A stretch of 64,000 nucleotides of DNA from Gammaproteobacteria bacterium (lineage in GTDB: Bacteria; Pseudomonadota; Gammaproteobacteria; Eutrophobiales; Eutrophobiaceae), in NCBI GenBank assembly GCA_965222155.1, contig CBDCTH010000012.1, forward strand, positions 1,632,001 through 1,696,000, in the 5' to 3' direction. Shown here piece after piece: positions 43,476 through 54,699 of this stretch (positions within the stretch are counted from its first letter, which is position 1; the number at the start of each line of letters is the position of its first letter). The notes beneath the pieces are model-generated. The model worked only from the letters and a program-made list of their open reading frames with translations, had not been told where the DNA came from and did not search any database. Made by a program: the position numbers and the translations under genes.

Positions 43476-44594
43476 ATGTATTACATAGGTCTTATGTCGG
43501 GCACCAGTGCGGACGCCATCGACGCGGCTTTAGTCGATATCAGCGGGGACGACCTGGAGATTATCGACTACCGGCAATACCCCCTGGCCGCTGATGTACG
43601 GCAGGCTCTGAGAAATATAACCCTGTCATCATCCATCGAAGAAATATCCGAACTGGACGTCCTGACGGGACAACACTTCGGCCATGCTGTTTTGTCATTG
43701 CTCGAAGTTAACAAAATAACCGCGCAGCAGGTTCGGGCAATCGGCAGTCATGGACAGACCATCATGCATTTACCCGGAGCAACACCGGCGCGCACCTTGC
43801 AAATCGGCGATCCCAACCAAATTTCCAGCCTGACGGGGATCACCACCGTGGCGGATTTCCGTCGGGCAGACATGGCTGCCGGGGGCCAGGGCGCACCGCT
43901 GACGCCGGCTTTCCATGCCTGGAGATTTCGCAGCGACCGGATAGACCGCATCGTATTAAATATCGGCGGCATCGCCAATATCACGCTATTACCAGGCGCT
44001 CACGCAGCTGAAGTCCGCGGCTTTGATACCGGCCCGGGAAACACCCTCATTGACGCGTGGATACAGCAGTGTCAGGGCCGTGATTTTGATGAACTTGGCG
44101 ACTGGGCTGCCTCCGGTAATGTCCAGCAAGATTTAATCAAGCTCATGCTGGTTGATCCCTATTTTTCGGCAGCGTATCCGAAGAGCACCGGAAAAGATGA
44201 TTTTAACCTGGCGTGGCTGGAATCGTTATCAGGAAAAACAGGCAGGACTTACCGGAATGAGGACATCCAAGCCACCCTGCTGGAGCTTACTGCCGCCAGC
44301 ATAGCCTACGCAATTTCAGCTTGTGCGCCCGCAACCGATGAAGTGCTGACCTGCGGTGGGGGGATTCACAATCCAGTCCTGATGAAACGTCTACAATCCT
44401 TACTACCCGGCATCGCGGTAAAATCCACCGGTGATTATGGAGTCAATCCCGATGCTGTAGAAGCACTGACTTTCGCGTGGCTGGCGAAACAACGATTGGA
44501 AAATACCCCGGCAAACCTGCCATCCGTTACCGGAGCAAAAAGACCCGTCGTCCTTGGAGCAATATATGAAGCAGCCGGTTTATACGGAAAATGA
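43476..44594 (+). CDS. anmK: Anhydro-N-acetylmuramic acid kinase
   Basis: [27 protein letters not shown] and FDTGPGN motifs. Confidence 0.97.
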   Translation: MYYIGLMSGTSADAIDAALVDISGDDLEIIDYRQYPLAADVRQALRNITLSSSIEEISELDVLTGQHFGHAVLSLLEVNKITAQQVRAIGSHGQTIMHLPGATPARTLQIGDPNQISSLTGITTVADFRRADMAAGGQGAPLTPAFHAWRFRSDRIDRIVLNIGGIANITLLPGAHAAEVRGFDTGPGNTLIDAWIQQCQGRDFDELGDWAASGNVQQDLIKLMLVDPYFSAAYPKSTGKDDFNLAWLESLSGKTGRTYRNEDIQATLLELTAASIAYAISACAPATDEVLTCGGGIHNPVLMKRLQSLLPGIAVKSTGDYGVNPDAVEALTFAWLAKQRLENTPANLPSVTGAKRPVVLGAIYEAAGLYGK

Positions 44595-44933
44595 AGAACC
44601 GCAGCCACAGGTTGTCTCGGCATTCGGGTTGCGGATGACGAATTGTGCCCCTTCCAGTCCTTCGGAATAATCAATCTCAGCGCCGGTCAGGTACTGGATA
44701 CTCATAGGATCAATCAGCAGCCTGACGCCTTCTTTTTCGACAACTGTATCACCATCTGAAACAGTCTCATCAAAGGTGAAACCATACTGGAATCCGGAGC
44801 ATCCTCCTCCTGATATAAACACTCTCAACATCAACGCCTCATTTTCCTCATCAGTAATCAACTGTTTCACCTTGAATGCAGCTGAATCGGTAAAAACAAG
44901 CGGATCCGGCAGTTTATCTGTTGTTTGCAACAT
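44580..44933 (-). CDS. erpA: Fe-S cluster insertion protein ErpA
   Basis: [11 protein letters not shown]...TCGCGSSF. Confidence 0.95.
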   Translation of the reverse strand: MLQTTDKLPDPLVFTDSAAFKVKQLITDEENEALMLRVFISGGGCSGFQYGFTFDETVSDGDTVVEKEGVRLLIDPMSIQYLTGAEIDYSEGLEGAQFVIRNPNAETTCGCGSSFSV

Positions 44934-45081
44934 GGTTTTAACTATCTCCGAAGCTGTTTGTGCGCCTATGTATTCCAAGAATAACGATTAAACATGGTAT
45001 ATGGGGTAAATGTACTACTATTTCAAGGAAAAGCCAAGTATAAATAGAAAATAGAGGCACTACCATTCCCGCCCCGTTTTA

Positions 45082-45504
45082 CTATCCGGAATTATAATGG
45101 TCTGACACTGGAAGTATCTCATCTCGCGGTTTTCCATTACCGGTGTCCGGTGTGTGAACCAGTCGGCCGCTTACCTGGGCGCCGGCAGACATATCCAGTA
45201 AGTTGTAATAGACGTCACCTGTAATGCGTGACTTGGATTCAAGTTCAATATGCTCGCTACTGTACACGTTACCGATAATGGTCCCGTCAATAATGTTATA
45301 GGGCGCGTGAATTTCACCTTCTACGGTTCCATACTCACTGAGTGATAATACGGAACTGCTGTCAGGTTCCGCTATGATGTTCCCCTTGATAACACCGTCT
45401 ACATGCAGTCCGCCGGAGAATTTGACGTCACCAGCCAATTCCGTATGCTCACCAATCAAGGTATCAATTTTTGCGGTTTTTTTCTTTCGAGTGTTACCCC
45501 ACAT
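45082..45504 (-). CDS. Bactofilin (polymer-forming cytoskeletal protein)
   Basis: IDTLIG...GDVKFSGGLHVDG...GDVYY; conserved synteny next to erpA. Confidence 0.92.
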   Translation of the reverse strand: MWGNTRKKKTAKIDTLIGEHTELAGDVKFSGGLHVDGVIKGNIIAEPDSSSVLSLSEYGTVEGEIHAPYNIIDGTIIGNVYSSEHIELESKSRITGDVYYNLLDMSAGAQVSGRLVHTPDTGNGKPRDEILPVSDHYNSG

Positions 45505-46234
45505 CTGCTGTCTCCCGGCCGTCTGTTACAGGCCAATCAAATACCTTCTCAAACCCGGACTCGTCCTGGTCGTCAATAGATAAAGTTACAAATACTCGTT
45601 GTGGTTCAAAATTCTCCGGTAAGATAAAATTGTTCTCAAAGCGCTGGAAATTCCTGAACCTGATAGTGTAAGTCTGATTTTCATCAAGACTGATCTCATT
45701 CAGAGACAGTCGTTTTACCGCACTATCCAGAATGCCCTCCAAAACAACGTCTATCACCCCTTCAACCATCTTATCCGTATTGGCAATATAGAGTAATATC
45801 AACTCCAGTCGATAACCGTGGGCATGGGTAAGCGGTTTAATTCGAATCCCATGCACCCCCGGTGAGTTCTCTTCACCTGATGCATTTATGATCCCCTGGT
45901 AAAACTCCAGGTCTTTTCTCAACTGAAATATTTCCTCTTGTGAATCGATTAATCTCTCCTGTAACAAGGCAGCCGCCTGCGTATCCAAGCGGGTATTCTG
46001 CTGCAAAATCAGGAGCCTCTCCCGAAGTTCCGTGTTTTCATCGAATAGCGCTTCAGGGGATAAACCTTGAGCGAAATTCCATGGCAATATGAAAGTCCAG
46101 CCACCGTTTTGATTACTGCGGACACCCGGGAAATAATCACTGTTAATAAACAGAACCAGCAGCAAAACAAACAGGATCAGGAAGATAATCCGGCGGCGCC
46201 AGGGCCGACGCATTGTTATCACGAAATTATCCAT
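45494..46234 (-). CDS. DUF6776-like membrane-anchored coiled-coil protein
   Basis: TM helix, coiled coil, DLEFYQ and FRNFQ...LPENFEP; lies between argC and bactofilin. Confidence 0.75.
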   Translation of the reverse strand: MDNFVITMRRPWRRRIIFLILFVLLLVLFINSDYFPGVRSNQNGGWTFILPWNFAQGLSPEALFDENTELRERLLILQQNTRLDTQAAALLQERLIDSQEEIFQLRKDLEFYQGIINASGEENSPGVHGIRIKPLTHAHGYRLELILLYIANTDKMVEGVIDVVLEGILDSAVKRLSLNEISLDENQTYTIRFRNFQRFENNFILPENFEPQRVFVTLSIDDQDESGFEKVFDWPVTDGRETADVG

Positions 46235-46269
46235 TAGCGGTTTACCTGACGAGCACTACTGTTATCCGA

Positions 46270-47301
46270 TCAAGGCCAGAGTGCAATATGGTCCAGCCCG
46301 GTCGTTTCATCAAGCCCATACATTATATTCATATTCTGCACAGCCTGACCTGCCGCGCCTTTTACCAGGTTATCCTCCACTGCCAGGATGACGATTGTCG
46401 TTCCGTTTTGCGGTTGAAAAACGGCCATTCTACACATATTCGAACCATTAACAGAGGCCGTGTCGGGATGGGCGCCGCGCGGCAACACGTCAACAAAGTG
46501 TTCATGGGCATAACGACTCGTGAATATTTCGTGAATATCCGCGCCGGGTTCTTTTAATCGGGCATACAAGGTGGCATGTATGCCGCGGACAATCGGCAAC
46601 AGGTGAGGGACAAAAACCAGCTCTATTTCACCCCGTGACAACGCGGACAGACCTTGTTTAATCTCCGGCAAATGACGATGTCCGTCTGCGCAATAAGCGG
46701 AAAAAGACTCACCGGCTTCACAAAACTGTGTGGCTGATGTCGACGTGCGTCCGGCCCCGCTGACGCCTGATTTGGCATCGGCTATCAGGCTTCCCGGTTC
46801 CACCAGGTCATTTTCCAGCAACGGCAGAAAGCCAAGCTGTATTACGGTCGGATAGCAGCCCGGGTTGGCTATCAATTGCGCCTTACTGATTTCAGCCCTG
46901 TTGACTTCCGGCAAGCCGTATACCGCCTTACTCAAATAATCGGGACAGGCGTGTTTCCGGCCATACCAGTGTTCCCATTCATGCTGGTCGTGCAGGCGAA
47001 AATCAGCCGACAGGTCGATGACTTTTACCCCGGCCTCAAGTAAATCGGGGGCCTGATGCATGGCAATCCCACTGGGCGTTGCAAAAAACACCACGTCACA
47101 ACTTGAGATCGCTGTCGTTTCCGGATCAGAAAATGTCAGGTCGATCACACCGCGCAACGACGGAAAAATACTGGAAACCGTCTTGCCCTGCTCTGCGCGC
47201 GACGTAACGGCTGCCAGTTCTACTTCGGGATGCATGGACAGGCAACGCATCAATTCGACGCCCGTATAACCCGTTCCACCGACAATACCTGCCCTGATCA
47301 T
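46270..47301 (-). CDS. argC: N-acetyl-gamma-glutamyl-phosphate reductase
   Basis: [15 protein letters not shown] and [14 protein letters not shown] motifs. Confidence 0.97.
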   Translation of the reverse strand: MIRAGIVGGTGYTGVELMRCLSMHPEVELAAVTSRAEQGKTVSSIFPSLRGVIDLTFSDPETTAISSCDVVFFATPSGIAMHQAPDLLEAGVKVIDLSADFRLHDQHEWEHWYGRKHACPDYLSKAVYGLPEVNRAEISKAQLIANPGCYPTVIQLGFLPLLENDLVEPGSLIADAKSGVSGAGRTSTSATQFCEAGESFSAYCADGHRHLPEIKQGLSALSRGEIELVFVPHLLPIVRGIHATLYARLKEPGADIHEIFTSRYAHEHFVDVLPRGAHPDTASVNGSNMCRMAVFQPQNGTTIVILAVEDNLVKGAAGQAVQNMNIMYGLDETTGLDHIALWP

Positions 47302-47371
47302 TTTGTGTGTGCACCTTAATTATGTATCTGTCAGGTTTGAGATAATACTCTTATCTGAATATGATATTCAA

Positions 47372-47833
47372 ATGCCTCACCTTTTGATCATTTCTCACAT
47401 ACCTTCCGCCAACACCAGGGCGATGACGGATGCCGTAGTCTCCGGCGCATCCCATGATGATATCCAGGGGGTTGAATTACGGGTACTGACTCCATCCGGC
47501 GCCGCTGCGGATGATGTGCTATGGGCAAACGGTATTATCCTGGGCACAACTGAAAATTTCGGTTATATGAGCGGCGCCATCAAGGATTTTTTTGAGCGAA
47601 TCTACTATCCTTGTCTCGACAAAACCGCCGGGCTGCCCTACGCCTTGTTCATCAGGGCCGGAGATGACGGGTCCGGCGCCAGAACCAGCATGGAGCGCAT
47701 CATTACCGGCCTGGCCTGGCGGGCTGTTCAGGAACCGTTGATTTGCCGGGGCGAATACCAGGATAATTTTCTTGAACAATGTGAAGAACTGGGAATGACC
47801 ATGGCCGCCGGACTTGAAGCGGGAATATTTTAA
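47372..47833 (+). CDS. Flavodoxin family protein
   Basis: LGTTENFGYMSGAIKDFFERIYYP; start chosen at MPHLL. Confidence 0.88.
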   Translation: MPHLLIISHIPSANTRAMTDAVVSGASHDDIQGVELRVLTPSGAAADDVLWANGIILGTTENFGYMSGAIKDFFERIYYPCLDKTAGLPYALFIRAGDDGSGARTSMERIITGLAWRAVQEPLICRGEYQDNFLEQCEELGMTMAAGLEAGIF

Positions 47834-47857
47834 TCAGATATAATCAGAGATCATAGC

Positions 47858-47925
47858 AGCCACAGAGGACACAGAGTGGAAGGAGTAGACTGACAGAGTT
47901 ATTTTGCTCTGTGCTCTCTGTGGCT
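47858..47925. repeat. Intergenic IR of the CACAGAG type; related arms at 49683-49710 and 56720-56736
   Basis: AGCCACAGAGGACACAGAG ... CTCTGTGCTCTCTGTGGCT. Confidence 0.7.
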
Positions 47926-47935
47926 TAAGAAGACA

Positions 47936-48460
47936 ATGAAAGTAACCGAAACTGTAGCAATAATGTTCATTCTGGCCGTCATCGGGATAACATCCTGGTT
48001 ATGGACCAGTCCGTCCGGATTGAAATGGGCGCCGGACGTGACGTTCGCCACCTTGAAAGGTGAGAAAATCAATATGCGGGAGTTGCGCGGCCGGCCGGTA
48101 CTGGTGACGTTCTGGGCAACCACTTGCCCGGGATGTTTAAAAGAGATGCCGCACCTGGTCGAGTTATACGAGGAATTCGGGAACGGCGGGTTTGAATTGA
48201 TCGGCGTAGCGATGTCCTATGACCCCCCCAACCGGGTCCTGGAACTGACCACTGAACGGCAATTGCCTTATCCCATTGCGCTGGACCTTGACGGCGCCCT
48301 CGCCGCCGCGTTCGGCAGCGTCATGCTGACACCAACGACTTTTCTGATCGCTCCGGACGGCAAGATAATCAAGCATAAGATCGGTGAGATGGACATAGTC
48401 AAACTCAGGAGACAGATTGAAAACCTGCTGACCGCGCAAGCCGGGGTGAACAAAGTATAA
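47936..48460 (+). CDS. TlpA family thiol-disulfide reductase
   Basis: FWATTCPGCLKEMP. Confidence 0.92.
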   Translation: MKVTETVAIMFILAVIGITSWLWTSPSGLKWAPDVTFATLKGEKINMRELRGRPVLVTFWATTCPGCLKEMPHLVELYEEFGNGGFELIGVAMSYDPPNRVLELTTERQLPYPIALDLDGALAAAFGSVMLTPTTFLIAPDGKIIKHKIGEMDIVKLRRQIENLLTAQAGVNKV

Positions 48461-48475
48461 GATGGCAAGTCTGTC

Positions 48476-48901
48476 ATGTTGCTGCTGAAATCCCTGCACC
48501 TGATCTTTATGGTTACCTGGTTTGCCGGCCTGTTTTACCTGCCGAGATTATTTGTCTATCACGCCATGAGCAACGATTCCATCAGCACGGACCGGTTCAA
48601 AATAATGGAGCGAAAACTCTATTACGGCATCATGATGCCCGGGGCAGTGTTGACCCTGCTGTTCGGCGTCTGGCTTGTCGCGCTGAACGGTTGGGGCGCC
48701 TATATGACACAGACATGGTTCCAGCTCAAGCTGTTGTTGCTGCTGGTGCTGGTCGTTTATCATATTTATTGTGGTAAATTGCTGAAAGATTTCAAAAATG
48801 AGCGCAACACGCATTCACACCTGTGGTTTCGCTGGTTTAATGAAGTGCCGGTAATCTTCCTGATTGCAATCATCCTGCTGGCCGTTTATAAACCCCTGTA
48901 A
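48476..48901 (+). CDS. hemJ: Protoporphyrinogen oxidase HemJ
   Basis: WFAGLFYLPRLFVYH, MERKLY and FNEVP motifs. Confidence 0.93.
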   Translation: MLLLKSLHLIFMVTWFAGLFYLPRLFVYHAMSNDSISTDRFKIMERKLYYGIMMPGAVLTLLFGVWLVALNGWGAYMTQTWFQLKLLLLLVLVVYHIYCGKLLKDFKNERNTHSHLWFRWFNEVPVIFLIAIILLAVYKPL

Positions 48902-49668
48902 TGCATGCAAAACCCGTGGTGCTGGCTTTTTCCGGCCATGATCCGTCAGGCGCAGCGGGCATACAGGCGGATATCGAAGCGATTGCTCACTGTGGCTGTC
49001 ATTGTGTTTCCGTTATCACCTCACTGACCGCGCAAAATACCTCGGAATTCAGGAGCCTGGAAGCGCAATCTCCTGCCAGGTTCAGGGAACAACTGGACCT
49101 GTTGACTGAGGATATAGCTGTGGATGCCTGTAAAATCGGCTTGATCGGCAGCGTTCAACTGATTGAAATTATCGCGGATTACCTGAAAGCCGAAAAGCTT
49201 CCGGTGGTACTGGACCCGGTCCTGGGTAGCGGCACCGGGGTTAGACTGGCGGATCAGCGCCTGATCCGGACTATGACTGAATACCTGTTACCTCATACCA
49301 GCGTGATCACACCTAACCTGGAGGAAGCCGCGGCGCTGACCGGCTGTAACGAGACGGCGCAGGCGCTCCGGACCTTACTTGACCTTGGCTGTGACACGGC
49401 TTTGATCACCGCAGCAGATAACGGACGCGATCAGGTGATAAATACCTGGATGAGCGAAGCCCGTGAAATATACAGCTACCGGTGGGAAAAGCTGCCCGGG
49501 GTTTATCATGGCTCAGGTTGTACCCTGTCGGCATATCTCGCAGGACGCCTCGCCCTTGGAGATACTATTCGAACTGCGGTTGAAAAAGCTCAGGAATATA
49601 CCTGGCAGACACTGAAAAATGCGCATAAGGCAGGGAAATCACAGCTACATCCTGAGCGTTTTATTTAA
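48901..49668 (+). CDS. thiD: Hydroxymethylpyrimidine/phosphomethylpyrimidine kinase
   Basis: GHDPSGAAGIQAD, TPNLEEA and HGSGCT motifs. Confidence 0.9.
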   Translation: MHAKPVVLAFSGHDPSGAAGIQADIEAIAHCGCHCVSVITSLTAQNTSEFRSLEAQSPARFREQLDLLTEDIAVDACKIGLIGSVQLIEIIADYLKAEKLPVVLDPVLGSGTGVRLADQRLIRTMTEYLLPHTSVITPNLEEAAALTGCNETAQALRTLLDLGCDTALITAADNGRDQVINTWMSEAREIYSYRWEKLPGVYHGSGCTLSAYLAGRLALGDTIRTAVEKAQEYTWQTLKNAHKAGKSQLHPERFI

Positions 49669-49712
49669 AGCTTGCCTGAATCCTCTGTGATCTCTGTGTC
49701 CTCTGTGGCTAT

Positions 49713-50354
49713 ATGAAAGAAAAGATGAACACCGGCAGAGGACTTTATGCCATCACTGACTGTGAAAACCTGTCCACAGACAGGCTTTTGTCGGTTACGG
49801 AAGATATTCTCAGAGGGGGAGTGGCTGCCCTGCAATATCGGGATAAATCAGGGGATCACGCTAAAAGGAAATGCGAAGCAGCGGAATTACGACAACTATG
49901 CCGGGAACATGACTGCCTGTTTATCGTTAATGACGATGTGCGCTTGGCCAAATCGGTAAACAGCGACGGGGTCCATTTGGGTAGAGAAGATTGTGGCTGT
50001 AAAATAGCAAGAGACCGGTTGGGACCCGAAGCAGTGATCGGCGTTTCCTGTTATGACAGTGTCGAAACGGCGCTGGCCGCGGCATCAGATGGCGCTGATT
50101 ACGTTGCGTTCGGGTCGTTTTACCCGAGTTCTTCAAAACGGGGTACGGTTAGCGCCGAGCCTGATATCATAAAACAGGCAAAGCTGAAAATTACATTACC
50201 GATTGCAGCAATCGGGGGGATTACGCCGGCCAACTGTAAGATATTAATCGAATCCGGCGCTGATTTACTCGCGGTTATCAGTAGTATTTACCAGGCTGAA
50301 GACCCATACTCGACGGTAAAGGAATTCAACCGGCTGATCGGCGCGTTTACATAG
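49713..50354 (+). CDS. thiE: Thiamine-phosphate synthase
   Basis: QYRDK, IVNDD, GVHLG and AIGGIT motifs. Confidence 0.95.
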   Translation: MKEKMNTGRGLYAITDCENLSTDRLLSVTEDILRGGVAALQYRDKSGDHAKRKCEAAELRQLCREHDCLFIVNDDVRLAKSVNSDGVHLGREDCGCKIARDRLGPEAVIGVSCYDSVETALAAASDGADYVAFGSFYPSSSKRGTVSAEPDIIKQAKLKITLPIAAIGGITPANCKILIESGADLLAVISSIYQAEDPYSTVKEFNRLIGAFT

Positions 50355-50379
50355 GGGCGCACTCTGAAATCGAAGTTTT

Positions 50380-50619
50380 GTCATGCCGGCACAAGCCGGC
50401 ATGATGGTTTTGACTGGATTCTGGCCTGCGCCAGAATGACGAATTGTGGGTAGAAAAAAATTATGAGTGACAGTCATTTCAAAGAAGCCAGGGAATTTAT
50501 CGCCGGGGGAGTGAACTCGCCGGTGCCAATGACGAATTGTGGGTAGAAAAAAATTATGCGTGACAATCATTTCAAAGAAGCCAGAGAATTTATCGCCGGG
50601 GGAGTGAACTCGCCAGTGC
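50380..50619 (+). repeat. REP pair (50380-50440) followed by a 93-bp tandem duplication of the hemL start
   Basis: GTCATGCCGGCACAAGCCGGCAT ... CTGGATTCTGGCCTGCGCCAGAATGAC; the duplicated copies are 50435-50526 and 50528-50619. Confidence 0.9.
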
Positions 50620-51833
50620 GCGCGTTCAAGGCCGTGGGCGGAACTCCAGTATTTTTTGACCGCGCTAGTGGGGCCTACCTGTATGACGTTGACGGCAGGT
50701 CTTATATAGACTACGTGGGTTCATGGGGGCCGATGATCCTGGGTCATGCACACCCTGAAGTGATCGAACGCGTGCAACAGGTCATGGCAAGTGGTTTGAG
50801 TTTCGGCGCGCCGACAATAATAGAGACAGCCCTGGCAAAAAAAATATGTGAACTCATCCCCGCCATCGAAAAAGTACGTATGGTGAATTCCGGAACGGAA
50901 GCGGCGATGAGCGCCATCAGGCTGGCGCGGGGTTTCACCGGCAGGGATAAAATTATCAAATTTGAAGGCTGTTATCACGGTCATGCCGATGCATTGCTGG
51001 TCAAGGCCGGATCCGGCGCGCTTACCCTGGGTATCCCTACCTCGCCGGGTGTGCCGGCGGATACGGCAAAACATACCATCACGCTGGATTTTAACGACAC
51101 TGACCAGGTATTGGCCGTCTTTGAGGACGCGGGTGAAGATATTGCCGCCGTCATCGTAGAGCCGGTTGCCGGCAACATGAACTGTATCCCCGGTTCACAG
51201 AACTTCCTTGACACGCTACGCCAGGTCTGTGATCGCTATGGCAGCATCCTGATCTTCGATGAAGTGATGACAGGCTTTCGCGTGGCCCTGGGCGGAGCAC
51301 AAGCCCTGTATGACATCACACCCGACCTCACCCTGCTGGGCAAGATCATCGGCGGCGGCATGCCGGTAGGCGCTTTCGGTGGGCGCCGGCAGATTATGGA
51401 CCAGTTGGCGCCGGACGGTCCCGTGTACCAGGCCGGGACTTTATCAGGCAACCCGGTGGCAATGGCTGCCGGCCTGGCGACACTGGACCTCATCTCTGCT
51501 CCCGGCTTCTTTACCGGCCTGTCGAACAATCTGACCACTTTACTGGACGGGCTGAAACAAGCGGCGGCGGCAAACAACGTGCCCATTTCCACCAGTCAGG
51601 CAGGAGGCATGTTCGGGCTGTTTTTTACAGAAGACGCTCCGGTAACCTCATACAAACAGGCAACGGAATGTAACCAGGATATATTCAACCGTTTCTTTCA
51701 CGGCATGTTGGAGAACGGGGTCTACCTGGCACCGTCAAGTTATGAAGCAGGATTTATATCCAACGCCCACAGCGCCCGGGAGATAGACAGGACTATAGAA
51801 GCCGCCACAACCGTATATAAAAATCTGCATTAA
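50556..51833 (+). CDS. hemL: Glutamate-1-semialdehyde 2,1-aminomutase
   Basis: [19 protein letters not shown] and [11 protein letters not shown] motifs. Confidence 0.98.
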   Translation: MRDNHFKEAREFIAGGVNSPVRAFKAVGGTPVFFDRASGAYLYDVDGRSYIDYVGSWGPMILGHAHPEVIERVQQVMASGLSFGAPTIIETALAKKICELIPAIEKVRMVNSGTEAAMSAIRLARGFTGRDKIIKFEGCYHGHADALLVKAGSGALTLGIPTSPGVPADTAKHTITLDFNDTDQVLAVFEDAGEDIAAVIVEPVAGNMNCIPGSQNFLDTLRQVCDRYGSILIFDEVMTGFRVALGGAQALYDITPDLTLLGKIIGGGMPVGAFGGRRQIMDQLAPDGPVYQAGTLSGNPVAMAAGLATLDLISAPGFFTGLSNNLTTLLDGLKQAAAANNVPISTSQAGGMFGLFFTEDAPVTSYKQATECNQDIFNRFFHGMLENGVYLAPSSYEAGFISNAHSAREIDRTIEAATTVYKNLH

Positions 51834-51968
51834 CAACAATTTCGCACCATTCCCCAATTTACTCCTTATGTCGTATTTACATGTAACAGTGTCGTTTAGT
51901 CATATACAAGAAATACTGCTCTATTCCAAAATCCGAAGTGTGACAATGACTTGGCATTACTTGCTTAC

Positions 51969-53516
51969 ATGACCATGAACGACCAGCCACGGCGGAGACG
52001 CAGCGGAAGTCGAAGCGCCAAAATAGCAGCACGGCAAAAATCCCAGGTGCAGCAGGCTGCTTTCATCGAACGCAAAATCCCTTACTACGAACTGCAGGAT
52101 GAGGCCGGCCTTGCACTGATCGAAGAAAACGCCGACGTCGTGCTTGAGGAAGTCGGCATTGAATTTCGTGATGACCCTGAGGCGCGGGCATTGTTACGTG
52201 AAGCCGGCGCAGATATACAAGGAGAAAGGGTGCACTTTCCCAAAGGCTTATGCCGCGCCATCATCCGTTCTTCGGCCCCGGCGGAATATATCCAGCACGC
52301 ACGCAACCCACAACGCAACGCCATCATAGGCGGCAGGCGTACCGTGCTGGTTCCTGCTTATGGCTCACCTTTTATTCGCAACCTGGATGAAGGCAGGCGT
52401 TATGCAACCATTGAGGACTTCCGTAATTTCGTCAAACTGGCTTACATGAGTCCCGGCCTGCACCACTCTGGCGGCACAGTTTGTGAACCCGTGGACCTAC
52501 CGGTGAACAAACGCCATTTTGATATGATCTACAGTCATATCAAATACAGCGATAAGCCATTTATGGGATCGGTAACCCACCCGGAACGGGCGCAGGACAC
52601 GGTTGACATGGCGAAAATCGTCTTTGGCGCTGAATTCGTGGAACAAAACACGGTGCTCACCAGCCTGATTAATGCAAATTCACCCCTGACCTATGACGCG
52701 ACCATGCTGGGGGCGGCAAAAATCTATGCGCGCCATAACCAGGCCACGGTGATCTCGCCCTTCATCCTGGCCGGCGCCATGTCTCCGGTTACCGTTGCCG
52801 GCACCGTTACCCAGATACTGGCGGAAGCCCTGGCAGGCATGGCCTTTATTCAACTGGTCAGGCCCGGCGCGCCGGTTGTTTTCGGTACGTTTTCCTCCTC
52901 TATTTCAATGCAATCCGGCGCGCCGACCTTCGGCACCCCGGAACCCAGCCTGGTGCTCTACATCGCCGCTGCGCTGGCGCGCCGGCTGGGTGTTCCGTTT
53001 CGCAGCGGAGGTGGTTTGTGTGCGGCGAAGATCACCGATGCGCAAGCGGCTTATGAGTCAGCCAACACCCTGCAGACGGCCGCTCTGGCAGGCGTCAATT
53101 TTATGCTGCATACGACCGGCTGGCTGGAAGGCGGGCTGGTGATGAGTTACGAAAAATTCATCACCGACTTAGACCAGGCCAACATGATAGCGATACTGCT
53201 GCAGGGCGTGGACTTCTCGGAAAACGGCCAGGCCATGGATGCGATACGGGAAGTCGGACCGGGCAAACATTATCTTGGCGCGTCCCATACCCAGGCAAAC
53301 TTCGAATCGGCATTTTATCGTTCCATCGTCGCCGACAACAACAGCTTCGAACAATGGCAGGAAGACGGCGGTATGGATACCGCACAGCGCGCTAACAGGG
53401 TCTGGAAAAAGATGCTGGAAGATTACACGCCGCCGCCGCTTGATGAAGCTGTAGACGAGGCCCTGCTGGCATTTATCCGACAACGAAAATCGCAGTTTCC
53501 GGACAAGGATTACTGA
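51969..53516 (+). CDS. Trimethylamine methyltransferase superfamily protein (non-pyrrolysine, MtgB-like)
   Basis: HSGGTVCEPVD, SDKPFMG, INANSPL, GAPTFGTPE and GWLEGGL motifs; no in-frame TAG. Confidence 0.92.
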   Translation: MTMNDQPRRRRSGSRSAKIAARQKSQVQQAAFIERKIPYYELQDEAGLALIEENADVVLEEVGIEFRDDPEARALLREAGADIQGERVHFPKGLCRAIIRSSAPAEYIQHARNPQRNAIIGGRRTVLVPAYGSPFIRNLDEGRRYATIEDFRNFVKLAYMSPGLHHSGGTVCEPVDLPVNKRHFDMIYSHIKYSDKPFMGSVTHPERAQDTVDMAKIVFGAEFVEQNTVLTSLINANSPLTYDATMLGAAKIYARHNQATVISPFILAGAMSPVTVAGTVTQILAEALAGMAFIQLVRPGAPVVFGTFSSSISMQSGAPTFGTPEPSLVLYIAAALARRLGVPFRSGGGLCAAKITDAQAAYESANTLQTAALAGVNFMLHTTGWLEGGLVMSYEKFITDLDQANMIAILLQGVDFSENGQAMDAIREVGPGKHYLGASHTQANFESAFYRSIVADNNSFEQWQEDGGMDTAQRANRVWKKMLEDYTPPPLDEAVDEALLAFIRQRKSQFPDKDY

Positions 53517-53525
53517 TTAACCCTT

Positions 53526-53772
53526 TAACCCGGATTTCTCACCAGGTGATGCGATGATCGCGCAGGATTTTTGCCGCCAGCGGGTGCCTGCGACCGAAAG
53601 CATAGCCGTAGCTCTGGTTAAGGGAGCACGTGCCCGCTGGCGGCAAAAAGACAAGCGAGGGCGCATCAAGCGCAGTCTATAATGATGGGATATTGAGAAT
53701 TTTACCATAACTTACTGACAGCACATTGACGTTTCCGATAGCAACCAGCGATCTGGTGAGAAATCCGGGTTA
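53526..53772. mobile_element. MITE-like element, module-free form (247 bp)
   Basis: TIR TAACCCGGATTTCTCACCAG/CTGGTGAGAAATCCGGGTTA, flanked by AACCCTT on both sides (53519-53525 and 53773-53779). Confidence 0.82.
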
Positions 53773-53837
53773 AACCCTTCACCCCGTGCTTATGCCGATG
53801 ACACAAGCAGCCGTTGCAGATAACTTGAGCGACTGAA

Positions 53838-54140
53838 ATGGAAAAAACCATAGTTTACTGGCGCGATATTCCGTCACAGGTGATCGTGAAAAAAGGACGG
53901 GAAAAAGGGAAAGTTTTACTGAGCCCGCGTTTTCAGGATGCCATAGATCGGTCCGCCATGCGGGCGCGTAAACATGATGCCGATTCCTACATGGATGAGT
54001 GGAAACGGATAAAGTCAGTCGTGGAAAATAGCGGCGACCCGCAAACGGTTGCCCGGCAGGAAGCGCAACAAATCGAAGCGTACTATCCTGACGAGAGACT
54101 GTTGCAACTGATAAAGAATCACGGGCTGGCCGGGAAATAA
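53838..54140 (+). CDS. Virulence_fact-family small protein, associated with the metF cluster
   Basis: IVYWRDIPSQVIV...RFQDAIDRSAM...DSYMDEW. Confidence 0.85.
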   Translation: MEKTIVYWRDIPSQVIVKKGREKGKVLLSPRFQDAIDRSAMRARKHDADSYMDEWKRIKSVVENSGDPQTVARQEAQQIEAYYPDERLLQLIKNHGLAGK

Positions 54141-54154
54141 ATCACAGGTAAATC

Positions 54155-54628
54155 ATGTACAGAATGCGCCTTTGGTCAGCACGTAACGCCGGATGGTTAA
54201 GTGCGCTTTACCTTGCCTGGGAGAGAATTCTCATCCTGCTTCATCCTGTGTTTGCACGAATCGGTTATGAGCGTCTGGACAAATTCTTTCTCAGTATTGA
54301 AAAGCCGATAAAAGGCTTCCTGTTTGATTCCCGCTCCTGCGGTCAATGTACGCTGGGTGATACCGGCATGTCATGTCCGATGAACTGCCCAAAGACCATG
54401 AGGAACGGCCCCTGTGGCGGCGTCCGCGCTGATGGCAATTGTGAAGTCAAGCCGGACATGCCCTGCGTCTGGGTAGTCGCATGGGAAGGTAAACAGCGAA
54501 TGAAAAGCAGCGCACAGGTCATCGATTTTGTATTGCCGCCTGTCGATATGCGTCTCCGGAACACATCAGCATGGCTAAGAAAAGTCAGGCAATATCATGG
54601 TCACCCGGAACTGGAATCCCTGAAATGA
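54155..54628 (+). CDS. Methylenetetrahydrofolate reductase C-terminal-domain protein (MetV-like)
   Basis: CGQC...CPMNCPK.MRNGPCGGV...CEV....CVW. Confidence 0.9.
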   Translation: MYRMRLWSARNAGWLSALYLAWERILILLHPVFARIGYERLDKFFLSIEKPIKGFLFDSRSCGQCTLGDTGMSCPMNCPKTMRNGPCGGVRADGNCEVKPDMPCVWVVAWEGKQRMKSSAQVIDFVLPPVDMRLRNTSAWLRKVRQYHGHPELESLK

Positions 54629-54699
54629 GTCAGTGGTTCTCTTTAACTGGATTGAGTGCGAGTTTGGGGGCTGTTAGAGGGAACTACCGGAAATAAATT

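Noticed and set aside
51969-53516. Pyrrolysine recoding in the MttB homologue
   Set aside because: The ORF is continuous with no in-frame amber codon.
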